From positions 1-57,297 of the IMG/VR virus record IMGVR_UViG_3300036987_000111: DNA of 57,297 bases; one strand, given 5' to 3'. The notes below the pieces were generated by a model, which was not told where the DNA came from, did not search any database, and saw only the letters and a program-made list of their open reading frames with translations. Position numbers and translations under genes: made by a program. Of this stretch, positions 42,553-53,006 are shown piece after piece (position 1 is the first letter of the stretch; each line of letters begins with the position of its first letter). Origin of the DNA: a virus (lineage: Duplodnaviria > Caudoviricetes).

Positions 42553-43769
42553 GTTTCCCTAAACTCTCTCAATTTCATTCTCTTCATGCTTCCATAACTA
42601 GTTCCAACATAGAGGTTTGAGAGCATCCAACCGATCTTTGTATTCTCGAAAAGTTTGACCAACTCTGGAATTGATTCAATGTCTTCGTTGGACATATCAA
42701 AAATCAAGGAATCAGCCATCAGAAAGGCAATCTCGCTTTTGCTCTTTCGCTGAGTCAAAAATTGATCAATTTTCACCATTCGATCTAAGACGGTATCGGA
42801 TGAGGTATTCTGAAGCAGGTAATTGTTTGCATGTTTAATGTCGCAGGAAACAATTCTTCCGTAAGGATTTTTTACCTTTCCGCCTTTGAAATACAGTTCG
42901 GTCAAAAGTTTGCGGTCATAGACGGAATCCAACTTTTCATCATAGAAATCCGGATTATAGAACCATGACCAAAACTGCTTTTTGGAATCTTCCCGAGAGG
43001 CATTCTGAAATATATGTTCAGCATTCCAATCGTGAATATCTCCGGAAGGTTGCTCCTTCCCTTGAAGGGACAGAAGAACTCTCAGTTCTGCCCCGTTGAA
43101 ATCCAACTCCAGAAAGAAATCATTATTTGGTTTAAGAACTCTTCGATAAGCCTTGTCAAATCCTAAAATTCCGAAACTGTTTCTTTTTGTGCGCACTCTT
43201 CCTGTTTTTGTGCCGAAGATATCATAGATAACGTTCTTTCTGGATTTCAATCTCCGAAAGAACTTCAACGACTTGGAATCTGAAATAATCTTGATTGATT
43301 CCGCAAAATCCAGATTCAATTCTCTCTTTGCAATTTTGTCAAAAACCCTGGCAGTTTCAACCAGGAAATCATGATTCTCCGGTTTCTCAAAATTTCGAAA
43401 TACCGATTGAACAATGCTATACTTGGTTGCGGAATATTCCAGTACAAAATCTTCCGGCACCAAATCATAAAGACAAACCTCTTTTGTATCGATCTTGCAC
43501 GTTCGAAAAGAACGCTGATATGCTGCCATCCTCTTCCGAAGAATCAAAAAATTGGCTTTGATTTTCTCCGGACAAACAGAGGTTAGGGATTCTCCCTGGC
43601 AAAAGAGTTGAGCATATTCGACATTTTTTTGATTCGCGAATAGAGAATTTAATGCCCAGGTTCTTTTGATGTCAGAGGGAATATCCCCGTGCAAAATCTT
43701 TCCTGACTTGAAGAAGGTCGGGCAGTTGGAATTTTCGTCAACAAGAACGTAAAGTGACATTTTCACCAA
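42546..43769 (-). CDS. compact family A DNA polymerase-like protein
   Basis: GTKTGR, motif A ELDFNGAELR, DIH, motif B REDSKKQFWSWFY, NY.LQ, motif C LMADS. Confidence 0.75.
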   Translation of the reverse strand: MVKMSLYVLVDENSNCPTFFKSGKILHGDIPSDIKRTWALNSLFANQKNVEYAQLFCQGESLTSVCPEKIKANFLILRKRMAAYQRSFRTCKIDTKEVCLYDLVPEDFVLEYSATKYSIVQSVFRNFEKPENHDFLVETARVFDKIAKRELNLDFAESIKIISDSKSLKFFRRLKSRKNVIYDIFGTKTGRVRTKRNSFGILGFDKAYRRVLKPNNDFFLELDFNGAELRVLLSLQGKEQPSGDIHDWNAEHIFQNASREDSKKQFWSWFYNPDFYDEKLDSVYDRKLLTELYFKGGKVKNPYGRIVSCDIKHANNYLLQNTSSDTVLDRMVKIDQFLTQRKSKSEIAFLMADSLIFDMSNEDIESIPELVKLFENTKIGWMLSNLYVGTSYGSMKRMKLREFRETC

Positions 43770-44845
43770 ACCAATCTATTGATCCCCATTCTAGACTTAG
43801 TTCGATTCAATGTCAATATCTCTTTTCGGATTGTTTGATTTGTTCCATCCAAACCTGCGGTTGCGATGATGTTTTTGTATGTCGTTTCAAATTCACTCTG
43901 AGACATCTGATAGTTTTTTTCTTTGACCCGAAAAAACAGATACATTCGAATGAAATACTCGTTATCCAGCGAGAATACATCCGGATTCCTCAGAATCATT
44001 CGCTTATTTTCTGTGTAATGAGGATAGGAACCGACAAATGACTGATAACTTACCCTCAGAAAAGAAGCAAATTCAAAGATATCCTCTACCGGTCGGAAAT
44101 GAGTCTGAAACAATTTATCGCTATCTGTCTGGTTTAATGCCAAATAATCAACAGCAGCAGGTGATTTGATATCAAAGACAAACCTCCAGGGAACTACGCC
44201 ATCAATCGAGAATCCAAAGTACCGCAAAGACCTGACAAAGAAATCGAAGGAAGGATCGTTGAAATATTTGTTCTTTATCTCATCGTTCGAACCATCTTTC
44301 TTCTCGATTGTCACAAATAATCCCGTCAAAGAATTCGAAACCAAATTCGATTCAAGGTATCCTGCCCGAGTAATCGGGAAATCCGATAACTTTAAAAAGA
44401 ACTGAACGAATTCTTCGCAATACTCAAAAAAGTCAACGATATTTCTTTTGTTCTTTCTCCGATTGATATAATTCACGACAAACTGAGAATGAATCGTATT
44501 GAAGAAAGAGAAATAATGACCTTTAGAATCAGTATATCCTTCCTTGGGAGTTAAGTCAACAAAAATTTCAGATTTGAATCCTCTTCTTTTTGCTTTCTCC
44601 ATCAACTTTAGGAAGTCAGTATAGGCATTCTGCACGAAATCCAAGACCTTTACGTTCGAACCTGGAATTCCCGACAGTCTTTGCTCATTTGGAACGACAA
44701 CATTTCCGTCTTCGTCATATCTTCCATAAAGGGAGATGTTTTCGAATTTTACCGGCAAAGTCAGCATTGAGTCTTCGAAAAGAACCCGCTCTTTCAACAA
44801 GTCTCCGGTGTCCAAACTGTTTTTTCCTTTGAAATCAAACATCAT
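43763..44845 (-). CDS. hypothetical protein (baseplate-adjacent)
   Basis: 360 aa ORF coupled to the upstream baseplate gene. Confidence 0.55.
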   Translation of the reverse strand: MMFDFKGKNSLDTGDLLKERVLFEDSMLTLPVKFENISLYGRYDEDGNVVVPNEQRLSGIPGSNVKVLDFVQNAYTDFLKLMEKAKRRGFKSEIFVDLTPKEGYTDSKGHYFSFFNTIHSQFVVNYINRRKNKRNIVDFFEYCEEFVQFFLKLSDFPITRAGYLESNLVSNSLTGLFVTIEKKDGSNDEIKNKYFNDPSFDFFVRSLRYFGFSIDGVVPWRFVFDIKSPAAVDYLALNQTDSDKLFQTHFRPVEDIFEFASFLRVSYQSFVGSYPHYTENKRMILRNPDVFSLDNEYFIRMYLFFRVKEKNYQMSQSEFETTYKNIIATAGLDGTNQTIRKEILTLNRTKSRMGINRLVW

Positions 44846-47184
44846 TATCTTCCAGAAATCAACCCTCCGACATTAATTGCCGAAAGAACTGTTTCGTATG
44901 CCCCTGGTTCAATTCTACTTTCCGTGCTAAGTACCTGATAATATCCAGCAATTCCCAACGAAATGGGAATTTTGGAATTGCTCGCTTTAAATACCAAAGA
45001 CGAAGGATCTATATAAATCAAACATCCTGGTTGAAAGAATGGATTGCCGACCATTCGAATTTCTGCTTTGTAGATCCTTCGAAGCGCATCCAAAGGGGAG
45101 GAAATCTTGTCTAATCCTCTTGAAATCGCCAAATCCTGTTGATTGTTATCTTCAACGACAGAGAAGGTGATATTTTTGACCAATCCTCTGTCTGCCCCCC
45201 AACGAATCCAAGCAACTCCAGATTTTGCATCTTCTTCTTCTTTTTGTGTGAGCCTTGTGATTCCAGGCACAAATCCAAAAACCATATGATATGTTGCAAG
45301 TTTTGAAGGATCTTTATGCTCTAAATCTTCATTACCTTCTTTGAGGCTTCGCGTGATATCCGTTGAAGTAGAAAAGTCGATTCTAACCCCTTCTTCCTTG
45401 ACGACCGATACATTTTTTTCGCTCAATCTCTCAATATCTTCTCCCAAAAGAGAGGATTCAATTGAAGAAATCAACATCTGCACAAAGGCTTTATCGAAGG
45501 ATACATCCTCGCATGATTGCCTTAAAGCAGGAAAAATCAAGCCCGACATAACATCTTCAAGGAATTTTTTAAGACTGTAAGTTATCTTCTCTCCTTTGAC
45601 GACTGTATTTGTCCACCAAACGTTGAACTGATTAACCGTAATCGGAATATCCGCAATGTTAATGTAGTCATAAGGATTGGAAGGATTAAAAGGATTAGAA
45701 AAAGCAACCGGACCTAAGACAAAAAAATGATTATTCGGAAGTTTCTGTTGATAAGCAAACTGAATTGCTGTTGATATAATGTCCCCGGCATAGATATAAT
45801 TGATTTTGATGTTCTTTTGCCCGGGATCGGAAGGAACGTCCAATACGGACTTTTCCGAAACACCCTTGCTCTTTTTGTCTGAAGAAAGCAACGCAGACTC
45901 AATGCTTGTCTTCAAGCCAGAAGAAGCCTCGGTAATTTTAAAATCCCCGGAAGATAAGGTAGGAACATCTGACTTTCCTTCTCGAATTTCGTTTGCCTTT
46001 TCGCTTTTTTCAACAAACCATTTCTGAAACTTCCCCTTGTCCAGAGATAAGGAATATATCCGATTGTTTCCGAGCATTTCGCGAATAAAATTTGAATAAA
46101 TTTCTGCTCGAAACTTTAAAACCCTTTTTTCTCTTTCTTCGATGATTCTCTCTATTTCTTCTCTTCTTTTCTGCGCATCTTCAACTGTTAAACTGCTAAG
46201 TTTTTCTCTCTCTTTTTTTGCCTCTTCGAGAGATTCTGTTGCCGTCTTAAGTGTAAGCCTTTTTCCTGGACCGTCCGAATCATCAACCTCTGTTTCTTCC
46301 AATGAAAGAATATTGGCAATGGAAGAATATCCTGTTATATCTGCGCTGGCAACATATTCAATCGCCAATTCAACAGAACCATCCTCTCCGAACATCATAT
46401 GATGTTTTTTGAGAATAAACAGATATGTTGCTTTTGCCTTGCGAATTGCCTGAATTAAATCCGAACCAAAGATATCTGCCTTATCTTCCGGATCTTCCCA
46501 ACCAATTTCAACCTTGATTTCGAAATTTAAAGGATCAAAAGAACCCGATGTCATTTTTCCGGTGTAATTAATCAGGTTGATTAACTTTGTGGAAGCCCCT
46601 TCGGATTCCTGGGTATTGACCAATTCATCTAAACTCTGAGCATAGATTCTCAAAACGGCATTCCAAATTGCCGCTTCTGCTGTGTCTTTTCCGGAGTTTG
46701 TGAGAACCAGTTGTTTGATTCCAACTCCCCCTCCGCGTCCTTCGTGACTAGCCAGAATATCTTCGATTGTCTTTTTCGTTATGTGATCATCGAATCTAAG
46801 TTCAATTTCTTGTGGAATTCCGCCATCTTCCGGATAAATACGATGGAATATTCTGAGCCTGGGGACCAAAAGAGATTTCTGAATAGAGGTCAAAGTAGAG
46901 AGTACAGAACTATAACGACTTGTCAACAGAGAAGAAACAATATCTCCGGGTTGATCCCCGTCCAGAAGAATCAGATTTGGATATTTTCTGTTTCTTCCTC
47001 TTTCTTTGATATCCCCAAGAAGAGAAAGAAGAACGCATTGTTCGGTTAATCTTTTTTTGTCTGCCCTGAGAACTTTGTATTTCTTCAGGAATTCTTTATC
47101 TTCCGGAGAAGCAGGAGGGGGAAGGGGGTTTTCGCTTCCTAAAACTCTTTCTCCGAATCCCGAGATGAAATCTTTTACTTCCAC
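44845..47184 (-). CDS. putative baseplate hub / tail protein
   Basis: VEIGW; C-terminal AEIRMVGNPFFQPG..IYID...GYYQV....RI of hub-type proteins; follows the LysM-like gene. Confidence 0.6.
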   Translation of the reverse strand: MEVKDFISGFGERVLGSENPLPPPASPEDKEFLKKYKVLRADKKRLTEQCVLLSLLGDIKERGRNRKYPNLILLDGDQPGDIVSSLLTSRYSSVLSTLTSIQKSLLVPRLRIFHRIYPEDGGIPQEIELRFDDHITKKTIEDILASHEGRGGGVGIKQLVLTNSGKDTAEAAIWNAVLRIYAQSLDELVNTQESEGASTKLINLINYTGKMTSGSFDPLNFEIKVEIGWEDPEDKADIFGSDLIQAIRKAKATYLFILKKHHMMFGEDGSVELAIEYVASADITGYSSIANILSLEETEVDDSDGPGKRLTLKTATESLEEAKKEREKLSSLTVEDAQKRREEIERIIEEREKRVLKFRAEIYSNFIREMLGNNRIYSLSLDKGKFQKWFVEKSEKANEIREGKSDVPTLSSGDFKITEASSGLKTSIESALLSSDKKSKGVSEKSVLDVPSDPGQKNIKINYIYAGDIISTAIQFAYQQKLPNNHFFVLGPVAFSNPFNPSNPYDYINIADIPITVNQFNVWWTNTVVKGEKITYSLKKFLEDVMSGLIFPALRQSCEDVSFDKAFVQMLISSIESSLLGEDIERLSEKNVSVVKEEGVRIDFSTSTDITRSLKEGNEDLEHKDPSKLATYHMVFGFVPGITRLTQKEEEDAKSGVAWIRWGADRGLVKNITFSVVEDNNQQDLAISRGLDKISSPLDALRRIYKAEIRMVGNPFFQPGCLIYIDPSSLVFKASNSKIPISLGIAGYYQVLSTESRIEPGAYETVLSAINVGGLISGR

Positions 47185-47187
47185 TTC

Positions 47188-47526
47188 CTAAACCCCCATA
47201 ATTCTTAAAACGGAATTCAAAGGAAGAGGAACATAGAGGATTTCTCCCAGGACAAAATGATGTTCTGTTGGTTTCTTATTGAACCATGCAATGACAAACC
47301 ATAAAGAGGGATCACCGTAATGTTCCTGAGCGAGTTTGTAGAACTTATCTCCACGAGTCCAAACATGCTGAATCAGGTTCAATTTGGAGATTTGTTCTTC
47401 TGTTGGATATTTCATTTGCGCGGTTACATACTGACGCAAAGTATTTGAGGTTAGGTTCTTCTTGACGAAGACATCCCGATAAAGTTCATGATCGTTGATT
47501 CGAATTAATCTATCTTGATTTCTCAT
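47188..47526 (-). CDS. LysM-like baseplate wedge protein
   Basis: HVW.RGDK..KLA..HYGDP.LW.VIA.FN...G..LYVP. Confidence 0.8.
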   Translation of the reverse strand: MRNQDRLIRINDHELYRDVFVKKNLTSNTLRQYVTAQMKYPTEEQISKLNLIQHVWTRGDKFYKLAQEHYGDPSLWFVIAWFNKKPTEHHFVLGEILYVPLPLNSVLRIMGV

Positions 47527-48285
47527 TTAAGCCAACACTCCTTGACCAGAAATTCCCGAAATCGAATCTGGATCATCATCTGCCGAAGCAACTGCCGTAT
47601 CGTCTTCTTCCACTATATCTCCCTTTCCGGAATAAGGGAATTTTGGTTGATAGAATTCTCCGGTTTTTTTCCAACCAACGGTATGATCGTGCAAAATATC
47701 AATCGTACAGGAAAACTTAATCGTTTGGGGATAAAGGGAAACACCGGCAAAATCCTCAAAGATTCCGGATTCCAAATCAGGTTCATATGACAATCCGGAA
47801 AGTTTGGCAACCAAGCCCGAATTTGCCGCTAATTTGCCCTCCCAATCCCCGTTCTTTTTTGGACCCTTATCCCCCTTGCCCCCTTCCGAAGAGGTCTGAG
47901 AAATTAAATTTGCAAACTTGACGCGGAACAATGGCGATGCTCTCATCCTGGTTGCCAGGGAACCCTCCGCATCAAAAGGTTCATAGACCGGATAAAGCAT
48001 CTTGAGAAGTCGTTCTGCTTTTGCCTGATTGGATTTTGCATCTTCAAAATCAACCGAAGGAACATCCCAAGAAAGAGAAATCGATCTTTTGGTATTAACG
48101 AAATTTTGAAGGGCATCCATCCTACCAAAGACTTCTTCTGCTTTCCAGTTAGATTCATATGAATCCTTGAATCCTCCAGCCGGAATAAAAGCATCAAAAG
48201 AGACACCTTTTCCTGTCGCAAGATGAAAGAAATCGATAACGAATCCCGCCTTATTGTACACACTAGCAATATTGACAAATGCCAT
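47527..48285 (-). CDS. tail tube initiator / baseplate protein
   Basis: F.DSY...W....VFGRMD...F.NT.R.ISLSW, YP.Y, P...VKFANL; lies between the tape measure and LysM-like genes. Confidence 0.65.
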   Translation of the reverse strand: MAFVNIASVYNKAGFVIDFFHLATGKGVSFDAFIPAGGFKDSYESNWKAEEVFGRMDALQNFVNTKRSISLSWDVPSVDFEDAKSNQAKAERLLKMLYPVYEPFDAEGSLATRMRASPLFRVKFANLISQTSSEGGKGDKGPKKNGDWEGKLAANSGLVAKLSGLSYEPDLESGIFEDFAGVSLYPQTIKFSCTIDILHDHTVGWKKTGEFYQPKFPYSGKGDIVEEDDTAVASADDDPDSISGISGQGVLA

Positions 48286-50906
48286 TAGCGATCCCTCACT
48301 CCATAAGAAATTCCTCCCGGAGTCTTGTCAAATGCGCCATCAACAAACGACATTATCACTTCCCCGAGTTCTTGTTTATCGAGCATCAATTTAATCACAA
48401 CCGGTTGTTCTTTGATTGTTCTGGTTGTTGATGCTGCTCCGGATGATTTCCCGCCAGAAACACCAACAAATGCAGCATTTTCGGGCATTGATACGTTGGC
48501 AACTATGGATTCCTTAATATCGGTAATTCTAGAGGCTAGAGTTCCCAATGAATCTTTGGCTTGAACCAGTTCATATATCGAAGAAAGAGCATTCGCAAAA
48601 CTGTTGGTTGCTGCAATATTCAAGCCATCAAAGGCTTTCGATATGGAGTTAATCGCAATTATCAGACTTGTCAGACCAATCAGCATGAAAACACTTCCAA
48701 ATCCTGAGAATGCAAGGGTCGCCATTATTGCTGCCAATCCACCGGCAACCTTCAACAGATTTGAACCGTCAATCATGCTCAATTTTGTGATGCTGTCGGT
48801 TATGAAGGAGAAACCAAATCCAACCAATGCTATCGCTCCACCAATCAGCAACAATCCTCCGGCAAATATAGCGAAAGCCTTTGCGGAAGCCAGAGAGGCA
48901 ATCATCATAATCTTTGAAGATGCCAGCATGATTCCTGCGAATCCTCCCATAACCAGACCGATTCCAACAAAATCCTCCCAGGTATCAATGCTTTTTGCCA
49001 GTTGAGATAATCCAACAGCGGTTAATGCAATTGCACCGCCAATAGCGGCGATAGCAACAGCAACGCTCAACCATTGGGTAGGACTAATCTTTGATAGACC
49101 TTCCAGAAAACCTCCACCTTTGGTCATTGCTGCGGGTGTAACCGGAGATGCCATGGTTCCTCCGGGAATTGTTGAAGTTCCGGGTGAACCAGTCAAAGGA
49201 GAAGAGGGCATTTCTGATAATGGAATCAAAGCATCTGTTGCTTTTTTTGCCGCTGCCGGTAATGCGCTTAATCTTTTGAATAACTCCCCAAGCCCGGTAG
49301 TCCAACCCTTGAACGCCGAATACAACTTAATTATCGATAACGTAGTCAAGGCTGTAGCGAGAAGTCCGATTGCCCAAACAGCAATCTCGGATTTTGCAAC
49401 CAGCAAAAAGAACTTGGTTAAGAGGTTCATACCAAGTTCCAAGGGTTTTGTAAGTATCGCAAATGACTGAGCAAACTGCAACAAAGCATCCTTGAAAGAT
49501 ATTGACCTTGCAATTAGGTCTTCTCTTTCGTCCCCGCTTAATGTCAATACTCCGGAGACTTTGCTTTGCTGATTTTCCAATTCTGATAGGCTTGTGGTAA
49601 AGAATTTTGCTGCTTCTGCGATTGAATTGAAACCCGCAGCAGAAGAAAGAAGCGTTTTCTCCCTTCTTCCTAGCGAATCCCAAGAGACTCCCATCTTATC
49701 AATTTCTGTGCGAAGAAGCATTATCTTCTTGTCTGGATCTGCCTGAAACAACTCCAAGGCGTTGATTCTTCCACCGCCCAAGACAGCATTCAGTTTAGCA
49801 GCAGCAGTAGCAGCGCCCTCAAAGGTATCCATAGATTCCGCCATCTTCAGGAGGGTATCGACGGTGATTGATGTTGCTTTTGCTTGAGCGGCGACATTCT
49901 TGAAAACATCGATTGATCTGTCTCCCCAGGCAATCAATCTAGGTTGAGCGGCAACAAAATCCTGCATAATTACAGAAGGAATCATTTCCAATGCTTGAGC
50001 GGTCTGAAATAATTCTCCGGTTAAAATATCTGATTCTTCTGCGGTTTTTCCCATTCCCGACATAAAGGTATCAAGCATTGTTGTTGAAATGTCGGTGGAA
50101 ATTCCCATTGCTTTAAATTCTAGAACGGATCTTTGAATTTCTTTTCTGCCTTTTTCAGATGCTTTTGTATATGCCATAACGCTTTTTGTCAAAGCAATTT
50201 GCGTTTCTAGAACATCCCCTTGACTAATATTCAAATGTCGATAGGATGTTGCGGCAACACGAAGTTCTTCCGTCATTCCTTCGGAAGCAGCAGTTTGTTT
50301 GACATAAGAGGTTGTGGTTTCATTCAGCATGATGCTGACAGCGATAATTGATTCCTTAAATTTTGCCAGGGTGGACAATCCAACATTTAGAACGTTCTTC
50401 CAAGAAACAATTCCACTAACCAGATCCTTGAAACCTCCACCCGCCTGTTTTAATTTCAAATAATTCATAAGCAAGGAATTGTTGGTTCTATCGGTTATTC
50501 CTGTTAATGTTTGGAGGGTTGTTGCTGCTTTTCTTTGAATTACCGTAACGGCTTCAATTTGTGCCGCTTGCTTGCGCAAAGTCGCGATCATCTTTTCTGC
50601 TTGAGGTTGTTGTATTCTTCCCTGAACGATTCCCTCTTTGACTGCCGCAAGATACTCTCTTAGGGCTTCTTTCATATCTGACATTCGATCATAGGTAGTT
50701 CCCAATGCTTCTGCTTGTTTCTGAATTTCGGCGGTTTGAATCTTCATCGTCAAACCTAATTCATCAACTTCTGCTTCTAGCGCATCGGCTTCTTTTCCTG
50801 CCAAAGATAAGGATTCAGAAAATTTCTGAATGGGTGTGGCATCAATTTGCCCGACAGTTTCTCTAATTGCTCTGAGAAGGTCTAGTTCTTGGGTTGTCGT
50901 CGCCAT
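48285..50906 (-). CDS. tail tape measure protein
   Basis: 873 aa, Ala/Leu-rich helical, hydrophobic segments, downstream of tube and chaperone genes. Confidence 0.8.
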   Translation of the reverse strand: MATTTQELDLLRAIRETVGQIDATPIQKFSESLSLAGKEADALEAEVDELGLTMKIQTAEIQKQAEALGTTYDRMSDMKEALREYLAAVKEGIVQGRIQQPQAEKMIATLRKQAAQIEAVTVIQRKAATTLQTLTGITDRTNNSLLMNYLKLKQAGGGFKDLVSGIVSWKNVLNVGLSTLAKFKESIIAVSIMLNETTTSYVKQTAASEGMTEELRVAATSYRHLNISQGDVLETQIALTKSVMAYTKASEKGRKEIQRSVLEFKAMGISTDISTTMLDTFMSGMGKTAEESDILTGELFQTAQALEMIPSVIMQDFVAAQPRLIAWGDRSIDVFKNVAAQAKATSITVDTLLKMAESMDTFEGAATAAAKLNAVLGGGRINALELFQADPDKKIMLLRTEIDKMGVSWDSLGRREKTLLSSAAGFNSIAEAAKFFTTSLSELENQQSKVSGVLTLSGDEREDLIARSISFKDALLQFAQSFAILTKPLELGMNLLTKFFLLVAKSEIAVWAIGLLATALTTLSIIKLYSAFKGWTTGLGELFKRLSALPAAAKKATDALIPLSEMPSSPLTGSPGTSTIPGGTMASPVTPAAMTKGGGFLEGLSKISPTQWLSVAVAIAAIGGAIALTAVGLSQLAKSIDTWEDFVGIGLVMGGFAGIMLASSKIMMIASLASAKAFAIFAGGLLLIGGAIALVGFGFSFITDSITKLSMIDGSNLLKVAGGLAAIMATLAFSGFGSVFMLIGLTSLIIAINSISKAFDGLNIAATNSFANALSSIYELVQAKDSLGTLASRITDIKESIVANVSMPENAAFVGVSGGKSSGAASTTRTIKEQPVVIKLMLDKQELGEVIMSFVDGAFDKTPGGISYGVRDR

Positions 50907-50966
50907 GATAAGAATTCCCTCTATTTAATTAGATTAGAGGCGAAAATGAGTTGGGTAAGTTCGAAT

Positions 50967-51308
50967 TTACCTGAAAGGATATTTGATACCGGTTTCTTCT
51001 TCGAAATGAGAAATTGTGGTTAACAGTTTTGCTTTGTTTTCGGCGGTCTTGGGATCATTTAAGCCGTGTTCTTTTGCCGAAAGGATATATTCCTTCTCTC
51101 TGGCAACGGTCTTGACAAAGGAATTAACCTGCGTTTCTGTTCCCTTCACTTGAATATCAAGTTTTTTGTTTTCGAGAAGGGCAGAAAGGACAGTCTTGAT
51201 AACTCCCCCAAACATTGCTAACCAAGATTCATTGAGTTGATCGGAATTTTTTTGGTTTAGGTTCAGCACAAAGTCTGAATCAGAAGAAGGGTTTTTTGGC
51301 GTTTTCAT
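50967..51308 (-). CDS. conserved-looking hypothetical tail-region protein
   Basis: LNESWLAMFG...GL.DP.T...FE.ETG.KYPF; late motif at 51314-51321. Confidence 0.6.
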   Translation of the reverse strand: MKTPKNPSSDSDFVLNLNQKNSDQLNESWLAMFGGVIKTVLSALLENKKLDIQVKGTETQVNSFVKTVAREKEYILSAKEHGLNDPKTAENKAKLLTTISHFEEETGIKYPFR

Positions 51309-51326
51309 AAACGTAATTAGTTGGGA

Positions 51327-51512
51327 TTATTTGTTTTGGTTTCGACTTTTTTCTACTTCTTCTTGTTCGTTCTCTTTTTGCAGTTTCAATCGACTGTAAA
51401 ACCACTGACGAATAGGAATTGGAAGATTATATGCTTCGATATAACTCCATCCTCCGAAGTATTTCATCTGAAAGAAGGTTTCGTATACACCTTCCATGTA
51501 GGCATCAGTCAC
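51327..51512 (-). CDS. tail assembly chaperone, downstream part
   Basis: YETFF.MKY.GGWS..EAYNLP...RQWF; overlaps the upstream gene. Confidence 0.65.
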   Translation of the reverse strand: MTDAYMEGVYETFFQMKYFGGWSYIEAYNLPIPIRQWFYSRLKLQKENEQEEVEKSRNQNK

Positions 51513-52377
51513 CCCAAAAGAAGTCTTTTGTTATCGGGATCTGAACGTTTGATTCAGATTTACAGGCGGCGCATTTAAAGGAATACGAAAGATCAATATT
51601 TGGAGTATGTTCTTTCAAAGCCGCTTTAAGTGCCCTGGAATCTTTTGCGGGCATCTTTTCTAGGAATTCTGCAATCATTTTGGAATCTGTGACTCCGTTT
51701 ACAGAACGTACACAAAGTTTGAATTGCTCAGAGGTTGGAATATTTTCCAGTTCCTCTTTTGCCTTCTTAAGTTTTTCAGGATCTTTGATTGTCTTCTCTG
51801 CGAATCGAATCTTGGAATTCTGAACGGATGTCAATTTCTCTTCATCCTCTCCGTTCAACAGCCTACAAACGGCAGTAAATCCGGTTACAGGAAGAGGAAC
51901 GTTGAATGTGTTATCTTCGTTGAATTCTACGTTATCCAAAAGAACAACATCAACTTCGGTTAGATCGAAGAATTCCTTTCCAACCTCAAAGCAGACAGGA
52001 CACATGACAGTTGCTTGATATTTCTCACCAAAAGAGGCGATTCTTGCCGCTAACAGAATTGCATTCTTGTCCCCGGGAAGAACCGTCTTGAGATTGACAG
52101 AATCCTTTTCAACCAAAATGCTTTCAATCAGTTTGTCGAAGACCGAACCTTTTTTGATGTAGGCTTTGTTGACGAGAATTTCTTCTTCTACTGCCGACAT
52201 CAACTTGATTTCTACAGACTCCTTGAGATGCCAGGGATGTTCTTTTGGGTAGAACTTCCCCTTGGAGGGAAGATCGACCATTTCTGTTGGCACAGAGAAG
52301 GATAGAGATTTTGTTTCTGTTATTGCCGGAGATTTTGTATTTTCAATAGCACCGAGGGTTTCCAAATTGTTACGCAT
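51505..52377 (-). CDS. baseplate hub assembly / tail chaperone (gp26-like)
   Basis: VDLPSKG..Y, GDKNAILLAARI..FG..Y, CPVC, CAAC, C-terminal FFW. Confidence 0.75.
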   Translation of the reverse strand: MRNNLETLGAIENTKSPAITETKSLSFSVPTEMVDLPSKGKFYPKEHPWHLKESVEIKLMSAVEEEILVNKAYIKKGSVFDKLIESILVEKDSVNLKTVLPGDKNAILLAARIASFGEKYQATVMCPVCFEVGKEFFDLTEVDVVLLDNVEFNEDNTFNVPLPVTGFTAVCRLLNGEDEEKLTSVQNSKIRFAEKTIKDPEKLKKAKEELENIPTSEQFKLCVRSVNGVTDSKMIAEFLEKMPAKDSRALKAALKEHTPNIDLSYSFKCAACKSESNVQIPITKDFFWGD

Positions 52378-52407
52378 TTAACACCTATGTTTTTGTTTTT
52401 TGGAGGA

Positions 52408-52956
52408 TTAACCGATTCCGAATTGCTTGCTTCCGCCCCTACCTTCGAAAGTTGCCCAATCATAACGAAGTTTTACAGATATTTCTACCAAATTTCCTTC
52501 ATCATCGTAGGTAACTTCTCCCCAATTGATATCAGCAATCCAAGCATTTTGGAGAGTCCAAGTTTCGATTGGTTTACTATCAGCATCATACTGGACTAAT
52601 TTTACCGAACCAAGAGCCTGAACTGCTTTTCTCTTTGAAATTGTAGTAGGAGCATCTGAAATCCCCGGTAACACATAACCAGATTTCTGAATGATCTTCG
52701 CTAACGCTTGAGAAACGTCAGGGCTTCCAGGATCAACCATGGTCAAATCCAAAGAATTCCACTTCACAGAACCCGGAAAATAAAAGGTATGATTGAGATA
52801 TTTGTGTTCTGGTTCTGCAATCGTCATTTGTGGTTTGTTTGATTTCTTAAGTGCCCAATGAGGAACTTCGCCAGGACCAATTTGTAACCACCAAGAATAT
52901 TTTCTTTTAGGATCTGTGAATTCGTTAAGCCTTGCACTATCTGTCCAAAATGACAT
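52408..52956 (-). CDS. tail tube protein
   Basis: PKRKY, YFPG..KW, ETWTL.NAW....WG...YD, LRYDWA; follows the sheath gene. Confidence 0.85.
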   Translation of the reverse strand: MSFWTDSARLNEFTDPKRKYSWWLQIGPGEVPHWALKKSNKPQMTIAEPEHKYLNHTFYFPGSVKWNSLDLTMVDPGSPDVSQALAKIIQKSGYVLPGISDAPTTISKRKAVQALGSVKLVQYDADSKPIETWTLQNAWIADINWGEVTYDDEGNLVEISVKLRYDWATFEGRGGSKQFGIG

Positions 52957-52980
52957 CTATTTCTCCTTAAAATCTAAAAT

Positions 52981-52988
52981 TAACTAGG
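52981..52988 (-). promoter_or_regulatory. putative late-promoter motif
   Basis: CCTAGTTA upstream of the tail tube gene. Confidence 0.5.
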
Positions 52989-53006
52989 ATCTTCTTTGAT
53001 TTTTCG

